Assembly: GCA_040285825.1 (NCBI GenBank)
Contig: JAUPSS010000010.1
Coordinates: 496,001-560,000, forward strand
DNA: 64,000 nucleotides
Reading direction: 5' to 3'
Source of the DNA: Eukaryota sp. TZLM1-RC
Lineage: Eukaryota > Protista > Metamonada: BaSk clade
Made by a program: the position numbers and the translations under genes
The notes under the pieces: generated by a model
Databases searched by the model: none
Told to the model about the DNA's origin: nothing
Seen by the model: the letters and a program-made list of their open reading frames with translations, nothing else
In this document: piece after piece, positions 24,114 to 37,612 of the stretch
Layout of the letters: each line of letters begins with the position of its first letter
Numbering within the stretch: position 1 is the first letter of the stretch

Positions 24114-24884
24114 TGTATAAGAGGACTAACAACACTTTTATTTTTGACTTGTTTTTATTTTACCATTTTAATCATTTGATTGATTGGTTTTTGAAATGCC
24201 AATCATCTCCCTGGTTTTTCTCATTGTTTCAATTTCTTTTTTTGAAATTCTCAGCATTGTAAATTTTCTGATCAAACATATACACTAAACAATAAAGATT
24301 TTGTTGAGATTTTATTTCACTTTATCAAATAAACTTTCATTACAGTTCTTGCTGAGATCCTAGTCTTCCATTTCCTCAATCAATAGATCATTTGCAATTG
24401 TGGTTTCATTTCCCACAAGCAATTTGCATCAACAAAGCTTTCTATTATGACCTCCATTTTTCACTAAGTTTCTCAATTGAATTCAAAAGTCGTAGCTTTG
24501 TTGAACAAACAAGTTGTTTTCCACATAAACCTCTTCTCTATCAAAGATATCTTTGTATGTATTCATTCAACAAATAAGGAAATCAAAATCATGAAATAAA
24601 CTACTATAGCTCCTCAAAAGTTGCTTCTCCTACATCGAAATAGTAAGGATTCAAAATTCAGAAAAATTACCAAAATGAAATTCAGTATTTTTGAGTGGGT
24701 CAGGTTATGAGTACAAATTCTTTTCTCACTGAGTATTCACCCAGAAAAAATAAATAAAAAGATTTCACTCAGCCCCCCTTTCACATGTGATACATGGCCG
24801 TTATTGACAAAGAAGCAGCACTAAATCCGTCTATAATTGTATGTCAGTTCATCTTGTACACAATGAAATCAATCTACCTCGGAA

Positions 24885-25002
24885 TTTCAATCGAATTAGA
24901 GAAGCTTTAGCTAGACAGCAAGCAGATCAAGATTTTGTAGAGGAAATCTTGGTTCATTGAATTTCGTCCAATTAGTTATGAGTTAATTTTATTCAGTGTG
25001 CA
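24885..25002 (+). pseudogene. Family D 3' terminus
   Basis: Near identical to 14595-14712. Confidence 0.85.
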
Positions 25003-25199
25003 AGATGAACAAAACATATAAAAATCCAAAAGCATAAAATTGACATTGAATTGTCTTAAATCTCAAAAAATCCTCTAACATCAAAGTGGTATTTCTTTAT
25101 CCCTTGTGCCACATTTTGGCAACTCCATACCCCTACAACTCATTCTACCCAAAAGTGGTACTTCTATACCCCGATCAGATGTACATCTTTCAAAGTTAC

Positions 25200-26420
25200 T
25201 CAACGTCAATGGAACCTGTTTGAACTTTGTGTAAAATTGAGTTCCGTCTAACTGTACCATGAGCTTGCAATATCCGAAACCCTTTCTTACACTATTGAAG
25301 GCCACAAACAATCGTACGAAATATTTTGTCAGCTGTTTCCAGTTCAACATAAGACCCAGCATCCAAATCTTGCAACCTCTTAAAGCAGGGAGCTGTTGAT
25401 AATTCATCTCTTTTGAAGAAAACAAGGATGTTTTAACTATGCTCCGCACAGCTCTCACTGTATGACTAGACAACCTCGGTTCTGTAACAGTCTCTAAATC
25501 AATTTTCAAGTCTTTTGCCTTTATAGAAGGATTTAAATCGATTTTGTTTCGAAGATGTTGTAGAGAAGCCGAAAATTGAGAAGAAACAGGAGGAAAAGTA
25601 TAGTTAGAGGGATCTCCGTTACATGTATGAGCAACCAAACGTTTGATGGTAAAAAAGAAATCTACATCACTGGAAGATGGACGTGAAGCAAAGAATTTAA
25701 ACTGACACTGATTGTCAGTTCAAACAGACGCGTTTATGCTCCGATTTTACAAGGTGGTGGTTGCAGCAGTTCTCAACAAATGTTCAAAATAGAAATGATT
25801 TAATGCTTGAAGATCTTGAAGGTACTACCATTATTACTGATGTGAGATCCACTGATGTGTGTAATGATTCTTTTATTCCAATGGCTCAATCAAAATGTAA
25901 AGACCCCTTAACTGTTTCCGAAAAAGCCAAAATTGACAAATACAGAGCAAAATTGTTATCCTTGAATGAAGAATCGCATACTCATTATGTTCTCTGTCCA
26001 TTTGCAGTTTCCCTTCATGGCACGCTTGGACCTCTTGCTTTGTCTTTTTTGGATGATTTTGTTGAAATTGTGAAACAACGTACTGGAAGAGTTTTTTACA
26101 AGAGTTTTTGGTAAAACAGAATTGTAAGTTCAATTTTCAAAGACATTGTTCCCTTATTATCTTCAGATTTGTTATCTCTTGGACGCGTTTATGAAAGAAA
26201 AACCTCCAGTCAATTCTTCTTGGTTGATTTGGGTTATGAAGACATCGAATTTTAACCTTGTCGTATAGTTTGTTTTTTATTGGAATAAATAACAATATAT
26301 TAAAAAAATGTTCGTCTGATGAGCTCTTTCAGCACAAATCCAGGCATTCGTTCTCCAACTGCTAATGTATATGCTGCTCTGTTGTAGCTTAAATTCATTC
26401 TAGTTGAAATATGGAGGAGT
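25200..26420 (-). pseudogene. MuDR/Mutator (MULE) transposase remnant, interrupted by a family G LINE
   Basis: FVRLFVAFNSVRKGFGYCKLMVQLDGTQF (MULE DDE start). Removing 25786-26313 restores LAVGERM..LIRRTFVENC..KS...C.F.FFAS...HTC (MuDR DNA-binding domain). Confidence 0.75.
25775..26313 (+). mobile_element. 5'-truncated family G insertion with roughly 8-11-bp TSD
   Basis: RLE C-terminus ending GYEDIEF-stop, AATAAA, A-tail; AACAAATGTTC / AAAAAATGTTC flanks. Confidence 0.85.
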
Positions 26421-26576
26421 ATTTGAGAATCAATTTTACTTCGATGCAGAGAAGTACCATTTTTATGTTAGAGGGGGTATTTGAACCCTTTTCCCAAAAA
26501 ATGTCCCAATATTGCTTTTATAATCAAAGAACTTTGAATTGTGATCAATCTCTATCTAATTCCAACTTCTCAAATA

Positions 26577-27500
26577 ATGGAATCATTCAGCTTTATCCAT
26601 CCACCTGTTTATGACCACAAGAAGAACTTTGGTCAAAAGTTGGTTTCTCCTGTATTTCTTGGCTTAGTCTTTACATTTGTCATTGCTGCTGTAGTGATAC
26701 TGACAATGTGGTACAATAGGGATATCCCTTATCATTCTCCAGGTCCCAATCCTGATCTCAATCCAATTATGTGGGTAGCAGGGGATATCCATGTTGGCTT
26801 TTTCAGCGAACCTTATGAAGGATATCATTTTAAACAATTCGTTGAAGATCTGGAATCCTTGAATATGGGAAATTCTGTTGTCTTTTTAGGTGATTTGATG
26901 GAGGATGATTTGAGCTTCGTTCCTCCTTTCAATAACATTGCCAATAGACTATTGTTGAACTGGACTTACGTTTTGGGAAACCACGATTTCCATAAGTCAA
27001 CAAATGAACCCTTGTTCCCTCCAAGATACTTTGCACAAACTGTTCATGGAATAAGGTTTATTTTTATTTCTGATGAGAGCGGATTAAGTCGTAATCTTGT
27101 CATGACCACAGCTCAACAAGAATGGTTCTTTGATGAACTTAGAGCCTCTATTGATCAACCCGTATTCATTTTTTCCCATCAACCATATTATGAGGTTGAA
27201 ATGTGGAAGGAACTTCGTGCTCAGTTAGATTCATTTTCTATCACGGCTTGGTTCTCTGCTCACAAACACAACTGGGATATTAAACCTGATACTGGGTTTG
27301 GATTCCCCAACATTGGTCTTCATTCAATAGGTGGAATCCGTGCCGCATATTCGAGTTCATTTCTCTCAATGAGTAGATCTGAAGACATGGTAGATGTGCA
27401 AGTTTGTTTCAGAAACCATTATCGCCAGCAATGGATCAAAGTCGATAAATTAGACGATTTTCAGTTTTCTGTGTCGTTGAATGCTTCTAGAGAAAATTGA
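26577..27500 (+). CDS. Calcineurin-like metallophosphoesterase with N-terminal TM anchor
   Basis: GDIH, LGDL, GNHD, SHQP, AHKH motifs; first ATG 26577. Confidence 0.9.
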   Translation: MESFSFIHPPVYDHKKNFGQKLVSPVFLGLVFTFVIAAVVILTMWYNRDIPYHSPGPNPDLNPIMWVAGDIHVGFFSEPYEGYHFKQFVEDLESLNMGNSVVFLGDLMEDDLSFVPPFNNIANRLLLNWTYVLGNHDFHKSTNEPLFPPRYFAQTVHGIRFIFISDESGLSRNLVMTTAQQEWFFDELRASIDQPVFIFSHQPYYEVEMWKELRAQLDSFSITAWFSAHKHNWDIKPDTGFGFPNIGLHSIGGIRAAYSSSFLSMSRSEDMVDVQVCFRNHYRQQWIKVDKLDDFQFSVSLNASREN

Positions 27501-28359
27501 GAAGCAAATATCGCAAGAAGGCGCTTATTCCGCAATATTTTAATTATTATCTTTTTTTTATTTTTGTTTTGGTCATCCACACATAAGGCTTTGATAACTA
27601 TTTTATATTTCATAGTCAATGTGTTTATCTTTAAGAGAAACAGTTATTTCATTTTGACTACCGCTACCTTTAGTCAAAAATGTACGTAAAAGTGGGTTTT
27701 TCATAAAAAATACACAAGAAGGTTACTCAATGATAATTACTGCTTTTTTGCATTTCTTATTATTCTGCTACAATCCGGCTACAAAACCTCTGTAATTTGC
27801 GTTTGAAAGAACGTAGTTTCTATGAATGCCAAGGAAACAACCATATATCGAAGCGTTGTTGTCATAATTGAAAAAGTTGGTTATCCCACTGTAATTAATT
27901 CTGCACGAAGTTAGTGTTGGATTTCCAATGGATTTGCTGATTCCATCATCTTAATCAGCTGGAGAATACGATATTGTAGTGAACAAAGTACAGGGTCTTC
28001 AGGTCAAAACAGGCTTGAAAAATCGACTCGATGAGAATAGATTTGAAGTGACTGTTGCCTAAAGTCTTTTGTAGTAAAGTTGGTTTGTTTTTCAATTCAT
28101 AAAATACGCCAAACATGACGAAAATTTAGAAAATTTAGTGATTCCTCTGTTTTCCTTCATGTACTTTCCATGTGGATGAAGTTAAGTCTATTTTGGACAA
28201 ATCTAAATATTATCACTGATAAAACTTGATGGATTGATGAAATAGGTGAGAGCAATCCTTAACACGTGATGGGTTATAATAACATCCCTCTCCTCTTAAA
28301 AGCCACATTCATTGCATTTGAACTACCAATGATTCACCTGTATTTGATTCCAGTTTTGT

Positions 28360-28560
28360 TCTCCAAATTAATACAATATCTAAATAATCCATCTCAATCA
28401 AAACAAGGCATGTAGATACAACTCTCTCATAATGAAATCCAACACAAAGCAGTAAATCAAAAACTATCTTCAACATCCCCTTAAAACAAGAAACACAGTA
28501 TTACTGTGTAAAACAAATTTCTTGAAATTTCCAGTGGTTTTATATTGAACAACAAGTTCA
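28360..28560 (-). pseudogene. Degraded family A 3' fragment
   Basis: Similar to 12850-12960 and the reverse complement of 37760-37920. Confidence 0.6.
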
Positions 28561-28769
28561 AAATATGTCGAAAGCGTAAAGTAACAACAGCAGGAAAACC
28601 GTGTGGCAAAGTGACAAACGTGTTGTGGGTAGTGGATGAAAATGATTCTTACAATTGCTTCTCTGATTCACTCAAAACGGTATTTTTAACTCTCAATCTG
28701 ACGTGATGGTCTTCTCCATTTGGAAGCTATCAAATTTATTCTCTTGCACTTGTGGATCACCCATTCTCT

Positions 28770-30075
28770 ATGACGTCCTCGCATTCAATGGATGAAACCA
28801 AAAAGCTCGTTTCATTCAAAGATGATGATCTTTCAGACACTTCTCATAAAGGAGCTTCGATCTTCAGTTCCACTGTCAATCTTACCAATTCTATTGTAGG
28901 AGCTGGTGTTCTTACTCTTCCTCATGCTTTTCTGGATACAGGTGCTGCGCTAGGCATTTTACTACTCGTCTTTGTTGCCTTTTTCTCTTCATGCTCAATG
29001 TACTTTCTAGCTGTTTGTTGTGAGATCACTGATAGATTTTCCTTTAAAGCAATCGGCAAGAAAGCCATGGGAAATTCAATGGGCTACGTAGTTGAGGCGA
29101 TCGTTGGTGTTACCACCATCGGTTCTTGTATTATCTTTTGTGTTTTGTTGGGTGATTTTGCACCAAGCTTAACCAACCAATTACTCTCCAGTTCTCCCAA
29201 ATATCTGTTAGACAGAACATCTCTATTATTGTTGATCACAGTATTTATACTAGTACCTTTAGCTTTGTTGCCAAAATTGGATAAGTTAAGGTACACTTCA
29301 GCAGCAGCAATGGCATGCTTTTTGTACCTTGTAGGCGTCACTATATACCGATACTTTACAAACACATTCCCCCCACCATCTGATAGCACATTTATGTGGG
29401 TCAACATTTCGAAGGACATCTTCCTCGCTATACCACTAATCAGTATTGCCTTCACAGCACATTATAATGTCTGTCCCCTGTATAAAGAACTTAGCAAACG
29501 AACACCCCGACGCTTCATGGTGTGTGTTTTTGGTTCGGTCTCATTTAGTTTGTTCTTTTACTCTGTAATGGGCATAACAGGATATGCTAGTTTCAGAGGT
29601 GATACAATGGGCAACATTGTCCAAAACTATGGTTCTGGTGATGTTTTGATAATTATTGCTAGGATTGGTGTCTCTGTCACTCTGGCTTTTTCCTTTCCCA
29701 TGGCATTCTTTGCATGTAGAACAGCCTTTGAGAATTGTTTCCTCAGTGACCCCCATCCTCATTGGGGAAGGCAGTGTTTAATGGTATTTGTATTGGTTCC
29801 AGGAGTTGTAACCATCAGTATTCTGGAAAAACGTTTGTTTTGCTTTCAAATTGCTGAATTTAGGTGTAGAAAATGTCATTCGTTTAACTGGCTCAACAAC
29901 CGGAATGTTTGTTACGTTCATCCTTCCTGCTGTCTTCTTTCTACGGTTATCTGGCAAGTTGGAGTGTGGATGGCGCACTGTGATGAAGAAGTCCGTGGCC
30001 GTCATCAATGTTCTACTTGGGTTGATTTTTCTTTATTTCGGCACAACAAATGCTTGGAAACAGTTTTATGAATGA
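28770..30075 (+). CDS. Amino-acid transporter, AAAP/SLC38 (AVT-like); 31-nt intron 29833-29863
   Basis: NLTNSIVGAGVLTLP, AFTAHYN, GYASF; many TM segments; splicing joins to VIRLTGSTTG..FILP. Confidence 0.9.
29833..29863 (+). other. 31-nt spliceosomal intron
   Basis: GTTTGTTTTGCTTTCAAATTGCTGAATTTAG; restores the terminal TM helices. Confidence 0.85.
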
Positions 30076-30639
30076 AGCGAAATTTCAAAGGTTGTATTAT
30101 TGTCTGTAATTATTTATTGTAAGTATAAAACTCAGATATTGTGTATTTTGCTTTTTAAATTTTAGTATTACAGTATTTTTGAATAAATGCAGTTGTTTTC
30201 AAACACTTGGGAGATTTTTAACCTTTATTTACCTTCAAACTTATGTTATCTGAACAAAATCAACATTTAAAGATTTTGTCGCTACAACTCAACGTTCCCT
30301 TATAACACGTTAACTGGACCAAAAAAAGCATTTGCTTGAAATAGATTTTGTTTCAACAAAATTTCAAAGTGTTTTGTCTGATAGTGAAATTCGTGATTTC
30401 CGAAAATCGACCTAACGTTAACCATTGTTTTTTTCAATTGTGATGTATTTCGGGTCTATAAATCAAAGCTTGGGTTAAAATATACTGAAAAGATAAGTTA
30501 TCTCTTTGCGGTTTTCATCTGGGAAAGGGACATGCTGTGCAAACATTTCTCTGTCGTTATAAAAGAATACAGAAACTTGAATCATCTGCATTGAACAAAT
30601 GCGGATGTATATGCTATTTTTTTGAAATCATAATCATAT

Positions 30640-31550
30640 TATCATCCTCAGGTGTGAAACATCCCTTAGGCCTTTTGCGTTTTGATTTGTTAATCACAAA
30701 AATTTTGATATCATTAAGCAAAAATACTCTTCATGCAAAATAAGTGTTTAATGGATGAGAGTTTTCTCATTGGTTCATTTGATTAATTACAATTGGTTCT
30801 TCAAGAAATTACTGTTGCAAATAAAATACTGGACTTCATGTACATGCAAGTAAATGCTTTGGTTATTCTCTTCAAGACCATGTGATTAATGATTTGGTTT
30901 TCCCTTTTGTTATCTGCAGCAGTGATGCTTTCAAATTACATGGTTGATGGTGACGAATTGTGCTTCAAACTGTGAATGGATTACAAGGTATTTTGGAAAA
31001 TAAATGAATAATGAACTTGATTCAATGTTTTTAGAATTAGAAACCATATTGAATTATTCGCGCCGACATTTTATATTCTGAGAGAACAACACATTTGTGC
31101 TCCTGTTAGCACATTAGATTGGTGTCAACATGTCATTCATTGAGGACAGAAATGTTGGTTGACTTATTGGATAAAGATCCAGCAATACAGAACAATAATT
31201 TATTTTCTGTAGCAGATTTTAGAGGTGTTGAAATTAGAAAGTCTTCTGTTTATTACCATTCAGCTTTTTTGGAAGGAGAAGAAGAATTGTCTCTATGAAT
31301 TTTTTGTAGATTTTTTGTAGATTGTCAATTGTTTAATCCAAATATTGATCTTTTCTCACATTCGAAAGTTATTTTCTGAAAGTTGTTTCGATAAATTGTC
31401 ACCCCAAATCTGCATCAATTGTTTTCCCCAATCAATTCCAGCAATTCTGGTCAAATCTCTTTTTCACTTCGTCATTTGCAGTTTTGTTGCAAAAAGACTT
31501 CAGCAAAAATTATCAAATATTTTTGAAAGCTTGGATTTCTATGTTGTGTA
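30640..31550 (+). pseudogene. Very old, heavily mutated family A copy
   Basis: SSSGVK..PLG and CFPQSI..KRLQQKLSNIFESLDF remnants colinear with 34260-35175. Confidence 0.7.
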
Positions 31551-31682
31551 ATCCGATGTTAATTGTCAAAATCACAAACTGCTTGTTAATTTGAATTAAC
31601 CCTTTTGATTATGCCTTATTTTCTATTTTTCCAAAGTTAAAGCTATCACTTACATCCACTACAACTGATCCAATCATAACCC

Positions 31683-32882
31683 ATGTCTATTAAGTCTTAC
31701 TCAGTTGAATTATCCAATGCAATCCAAACCTTTGACGGTAAATCTCTTTCCCGACTACTATCTCTACGACATACTCATGCATCACCTTTCAGGTCCTCTA
31801 TAATATCCACATTCACAAATAACACGATTTCTGATGTTCTTTCATCAAATCTTTCTGTATCAGAACAGACAGAGGAATGGTCAAACATTATTTCCTCCTT
31901 CATAGAAGCTTTTCATCATTATTACCACAACAGTTTTCAAGAATGTTACACTTCACTTTCATCCATGGTTAGTTCGATCTTGACTGTCTTCCACTACTGG
32001 AATCTCTCATTTGTACGTACCTTTACTTCTGAGCTCAAATCTATAGCAATCAAAACAAAATCTTCTGATGTGCTGGACGATGTTTCTTCCCTTCTGTTTA
32101 GGTTTTCTCAAGCTTGTAATGCGGATAAGGGTCCCGTTGAAACTTCCAAACAGTGGTTATATCTTCATTTGTCCAATGTACTATTAGCTGTGTATTTCCA
32201 ATCAAACTCTTTAGGTCTCGCCAAATCAGTTTTACGACCTTGGGAAACTGTCTCGGTGATTCCTCTTGACGATTACCCTTTGATTGATAGAGTCACGTTT
32301 TGTTATTATTCGGGTAGAATTTATTTGTATAGAGGAAAGTTCAGGCTGGCTCATGAACGATTGTCTTTTTGTTTTGGCAAGCTAACCATCTCTGACTCTA
32401 AGAGAGCCACACTTTGTAGTTACTACTATGTCTTTGCTGCCCTTCTCCATGGTAAATCTCCTTCCACGTCCCTTCTCTCTCGCCTCAACATGGACTTCCT
32501 CTCTTCGTTCATCATGACTGTGCGCAGAGGAGACGTGGTAGGGTATGTGGAATGGGGAAGGAGTCATGAGAAGTTGCTACTGAAAACGGGATGCTTTGTT
32601 GTTTATTCGACGTTGGAATTGGTGGTGTTGAGGAATTTGTTCAAGAATGTTGTGGGTTATCACACGCCAAAGTTGCTGTTCTCTAGGCTTCAGATGGCAT
32701 ATCAATACTCTTCATCACGTCATGTAGGTCAAAATGATGACGATATTGATCCTCAAGTGATTTGTCAGGTTTCCCGGTTATTTAGTGAGGGCTTTGTTAA
32801 GGGTTACGTTTCAGTTCCGCATAAGGCAATTGTTTTGTCAAAACAAGATCCTTTCCCAAAGTTAAGTGGAAGAAAGATGTAG
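31683..32882 (+). CDS. PCID2: PCI-domain protein, PCID2/Thp1/Csn12-like
   Basis: VTFCYYSGRIYL, GFVKGYVS..HKAIVLSKQDPFP C-terminal signature. Confidence 0.8.
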   Translation: MSIKSYSVELSNAIQTFDGKSLSRLLSLRHTHASPFRSSIISTFTNNTISDVLSSNLSVSEQTEEWSNIISSFIEAFHHYYHNSFQECYTSLSSMVSSILTVFHYWNLSFVRTFTSELKSIAIKTKSSDVLDDVSSLLFRFSQACNADKGPVETSKQWLYLHLSNVLLAVYFQSNSLGLAKSVLRPWETVSVIPLDDYPLIDRVTFCYYSGRIYLYRGKFRLAHERLSFCFGKLTISDSKRATLCSYYYVFAALLHGKSPSTSLLSRLNMDFLSSFIMTVRRGDVVGYVEWGRSHEKLLLKTGCFVVYSTLELVVLRNLFKNVVGYHTPKLLFSRLQMAYQYSSSRHVGQNDDDIDPQVICQVSRLFSEGFVKGYVSVPHKAIVLSKQDPFPKLSGRKM

Positions 32883-33737
32883 AATTTAAATTTTAAAAAT
32901 TTTATTCATTTTATTAATTTTTTTTGAATTTATGAATTTAATGTATCTTTGAATTTTTGAAAGCGTTTTTTCTTGCAGCATTTTTAATAAATTGTTATTG
33001 AACTTTAAACTTAAACACAATGAAACGTCAACTACTTCTAGTACAAAAACGATTAACTCAAAGTAAATAAAGACTGCACATAGAGTTTCACTAACCCTAG
33101 TCTGTAATAAGGATATTATAAGTTTGAGAGGAGTCATGCCACAGGATTACAATTTTTGAGCCTCGAGGTAACAAATTATGCAATTTTCTTCCTCAATAAT
33201 TCATTTGTTATCAATGAGTGTTATTGGTTGCAAGAGTAAATGCCGATGCCATGAGTTTGTACTGATCAAGTAACACATAGCCAACATTACTCACACACAA
33301 TTTCACACAAAGTTTGATCACAAGTTGATCACATCTAGTACATAAGGACTACATGCAACTCACCTAATCATACCAATGACCATTCAACCAATCATACCAA
33401 TGACTACTCAAATGACCATAGCACGGACTTTAACACCACAATTGTTATAATAATTGTCCCAAAATGGACTTTAAAGATTTGACCAACGATTGTAATAAAC
33501 AACCATTGGTCAATATACGAAACTAGGAACTTCATATGAGCCTCAGTAAATGGTATCAAAAACGATACTCTTACACTTAGAGCATTTGTTTTATTAGTTT
33601 ACAACATTCAATTGTATACTTTTTGATTTTTTATTTTTTTTACAATTTAATGTTTAAAAATTAATAAACTCGATTAATTCAAATATATACAAAATCAATT
33701 GAAAATGTAATCATGAGTTGAGCAGATGAGCAGATGA

Positions 33738-35487
33738 GCAGCAGGCCCATCTGGAATTTCTTTTGATCTGTTAAAAATAGCGTGTTCCAGTGCTCCCGAA
33801 ATTGCTGATGATCTAGCCCACTATTTTCAACAATTGATTGTTTTGAAAATTAATCCTCCATTTGAATTACTCGCAGCACGTCTGATTGCTTTAGTAAAGC
33901 CTGGAAACGGAATCAAACCTGATGGAATACGCCCAATTGCTGTTGGTGAATCCCTTCTCGTTTGCTAGCATCAATTGTCTTCGATCGTGTCAAAGACAAA
34001 GCTTCTACATTTTTGAATCCTCATTAATTTGGAATCAAAACAATTGATGGTGCTTCTGTTGCTGCTATCGCCTCTGATACCTTTTTTAATGCAGAGGAAA
34101 ATAATTTTATTTTTAATCTCGACTTTAAAAATGCTTTTAATTCTGTAAAGCGAGAAGCAATTTTTGAAGTTATTAAATCTGATTTTCCTGAGCTATCGAG
34201 TTTTTTCTACCATTTTTATGGGAAAGAATCAGATTTAATTTTTAATTCATTTGGTCTTAAATCATCTTCTGGAGTGAAGCAGGGAGATCCTTTAGGCCCA
34301 TTATTGTTTTGTTTAGCTATTCACAAAACTTTAAATATCATTAAGCAAAAATACCCTTCTATAAAAATAGTTGCTTATATGGATGATATATCCTTGATTG
34401 GTTCATTTGATTTACTAGAATTGGTTGCTCAAGAAATTGCCGATTCATATGAAAATATTGGGCTTCATCTTAATGCCAGCAAATGCCTTCTGATTGGCTC
34501 TTCTGCTCAAGACCTCCTGATAAACCATTCTATTATCCCTTTTACTAATTATAGTAGTGATGCTTTTAAGTTCCTTGGTTGTTGGTTAGGAAATGTGCCT
34601 CAAATTCACAATGAATTGCAAGTTATTTTGGAAAAAATGAAAATTGAACTTGATTCAATTTCTTCTTTAGATATAGAAAAGCATATTAAATTTTTCATGC
34701 TTAAAATTTGCTACACTGGGAGAATAACCCACATTTTGAGATCTTGTGCTCCTTCCATAGCATTAGATTTTTGTCTATCTTTTAATTCATTGAGAACAGA
34801 ATTTTTTGCTGATTTATTGGATGTAGAACCAGGAATGTTGAAAAGCCATTTATTTTCTTCAGCAAATTTGGGTGGTATTGGTTTTACTAAATCTTCAATT
34901 TTGTGTCAATCAGCATTCTTGGGTGGTGGCAAAAATTTTATTTATGAATTTTCTCGTAGATTTCCTGATGATTCTCATCTGTTAGTCCCCAATTGTAGTC
35001 CCTATTTGTATGAGTTATCTTGTGAACTTGAAAAATTACCGCCACAAATTTGGACCAAATGTTTTCCTCAATCAATTCAAGAAATTCCAAACCGATCTCT
35101 ATTTAATTTACAGTTTTGCTGTAAAAAGCTTCAACAAAAATTGTCAAAGATTTTTGAAAGCTTGGATTTTGATGTTAGACTTGGCTTGGCCAAGAAAAAG
35201 AATCCCGCTTTTGCAAATCTTTTACAAGATATGTGTGACAGTACTTCTTCTGCCTTAGTAACAACAATTCCACAAGTTTATGGTACTCTCTTATCCGATT
35301 CTGCTTGGACTCTGAATATGAGATTTCGTTCCTTTATCTGGCCTGATAATTTACCTCATAATTTAATTTGTAAATGTTCTCGAGAAATTACAACTACTCA
35401 TTTGTTAAATTGTAAACATTTTATTACTTTTAGAAGCAAGGTTCATGATGCTGTAAGAGACCAGTTATATTGTATGTGTAAATCTCA
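33738..35487 (+). mobile_element. Non-LTR family A (RT and thumb), 5'-truncated
   Basis: AAGPSGIS, RPIAVGE, GVKQGDPLGP, AYMDD, FLGCWL, CKC..HLLNC, RSKVHDAVRD. Confidence 0.9.
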
Positions 35488-37612
35488 AAAAAGAAAAAAA
35501 TTTGACTCGAAGTTTGTTAAAAGATCTGCAAAAATTGAGAGATACCGATGGGGGAGTTGACCTTAAAATATGAGTGAATTTTCCAGAATAACAAATTTTT
35601 AAAATAAAAAATTTGATGTGTTTCTCAATGTCACATTCAGCAATAAAACTAAGATCCTTGTCAAACTTCTCCAATAAATTGTTTAACTGGGAATAAATTT
35701 CATCCAAATTGCCAAGCCAACATCCAAGAAACTTAAAAGCTTGTTGGTCGTAATTGATAAAAGGAATCTGAGCTCCACCAATCATCAAAGATTGTTTTTC
35801 TTTACCAATCAAGAGACATTTAGATGGGTTCAAAGCTAAACCAATTTCTTTGTATTTCGCCGCAATGTTTTCAGAAACCCTAGAAATGCTTTCAAAAGAA
35901 CCAATAATAGAAATGTCATCCATATAGGCAACAATACGCAAATCAGGGAAATCTTGTTGTGTCATTTTAATAATATTATGAATAGCCAAACAAAACAGCA
36001 AAGGGCCAAGAGGATCACCTTGTTTCACACCAGAAGAAGATTCAAGGGTAAAGGAGTCAAAAATTAAGTCTGATTTTTTTCCATAAAATAAATAAAAATA
36101 TGCAGAAAGTTCAGGAAAATCATGAAGAAGCACATCAAAAATACAATTACGTTTCACAGAATTGAAAGCATTTTTGAAATCCAAATTGAAAATATATTGA
36201 TGTTGTTGACTATTGAAAAAAACATCTGAAGTCATTGAAGCAACAGAAGCACCTTCAATAGTTTTTATACCAAATTGGAAAGGCTTCAAATAGTCCCTTG
36301 CTTTAGTAGAAATTCTGTTAAAAATAAGCGAAGAAAGCAATCTGGTTAATGACTCTCCAATAGCAATTGGTCTAACTCCATCAGGTTTGTCACCTTTACC
36401 AGGTTTAACTAAAGCAACTAAACGGGCAGCAGTCAATTCAGGCGGAGGAACATAATTTAAACACATTAAATTTTGAAAATAGGAAGCAAGATCCTCAACA
36501 ATTTCAGGAGCATTTTTACAGGCAGTTTTTAACAAATCAAAGGAAATGCCTGAAGGACCAGCAGCTTTTCCTTTTGGTAATTTAGCAACGGCATTCAATA
36601 CTTCTTGAGCCTGAAATGGATTTTCTAGCCAAAATTGACAAATAGAAGGCTTACTGGGGCAAAAATGTTCAGTTGGATGGAGGGATTTCAATTTTTTAAC
36701 AATTTCGAGATTGGTATCAGCCAGCTTTCCCGAAAAAATATTTTTTAATCCGCTTCCATATCTACCTCTCAAAAACAATTTTCTTGCTTGAAAAGATGAA
36801 TTAGCTTTTCTCTGTTTTGGTTTGTAATTAATTTTCTTCTTATTCTTTTTGGCAAAGAATTTCCAAAATCTTGTTATCTTCCATTTGTTTAATTTCAATT
36901 GCGAAGATAAAGAACGCATTTCCATTGACAAAGGAACAGAACTCGCAGGACTCACCTCTACAGGAATTTTAACAGGTGTACGAAGAGAATCACTTGTTTG
37001 ACAGTCAAAACAAAACAAGAGAGGGCGACCATTAGAAGAATTAGAGAGGAACTTTTTGCAAAAAGGACAACTATGTTTTAAGACATTATCCGTAGGATCA
37101 GGAGCAACAGTTTTTGGTAAATGAGTTTGATCAATATTTAAATCATAATTAACATCATCAGCAGAAACATTGGGAACAGGAGGAAGATTTAGTTCGGATG
37201 GCGTTTGCAAACTATTAACAATAGAAATATTGGTTTTCAGTCTCATTTTTCCGGTAATAATATCAGGACATTTTCTAATGTTATGACCAACCTTGCCACA
37301 TTTGGAACAGGTATGTCTTCTTTTTTGCACTTTTTCAGGCGTAATATCAGGGGCATCACACAAAGGCAAAAAATCTTTTTTAAAAATTTTCAAATTTTTT
37401 TGAGAAGAATTTCGAGCATAGCTTGAAGGGTGGGGAGAGTGGAGAAGTGAAGGGGATGAGCTTGATCTGATGGGTAGAATCTTTGCTTGGGCGTTCCAAT
37501 TAGTATCAGAGTCACTGTCAGTCACTGGCATCGTTTTGGCAAAGACACAGTACGACTTTGACGCCGTGACAGAAAGTGAAATATGAGAGGGTTGACTAAG
37601 GGAGGGAGAAAA
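35488..37612 (-). mobile_element. Non-LTR family F, 5' two-thirds (zinc knuckle, C4 finger, RT)
   Basis: ATG about 37530 (MPVTDSD); CSKCGKVGHNIRKC; CPFC..CFDC; complete RT motifs; nearly identical to 48420-50545. Confidence 0.9.

Noticed and set aside
26316-26340. CTGATGA plus small stem resembling a hammerhead ribozyme core
   Set aside because: Lacks the GAAA and closing stems; it is the antisense of MULE coding sequence.
33295-33420. Short imperfect repeats (AATCATACCAATGAC x2, TTGATCACA x2)
   Set aside because: Two copies each, no regular spacers; not CRISPR-like.
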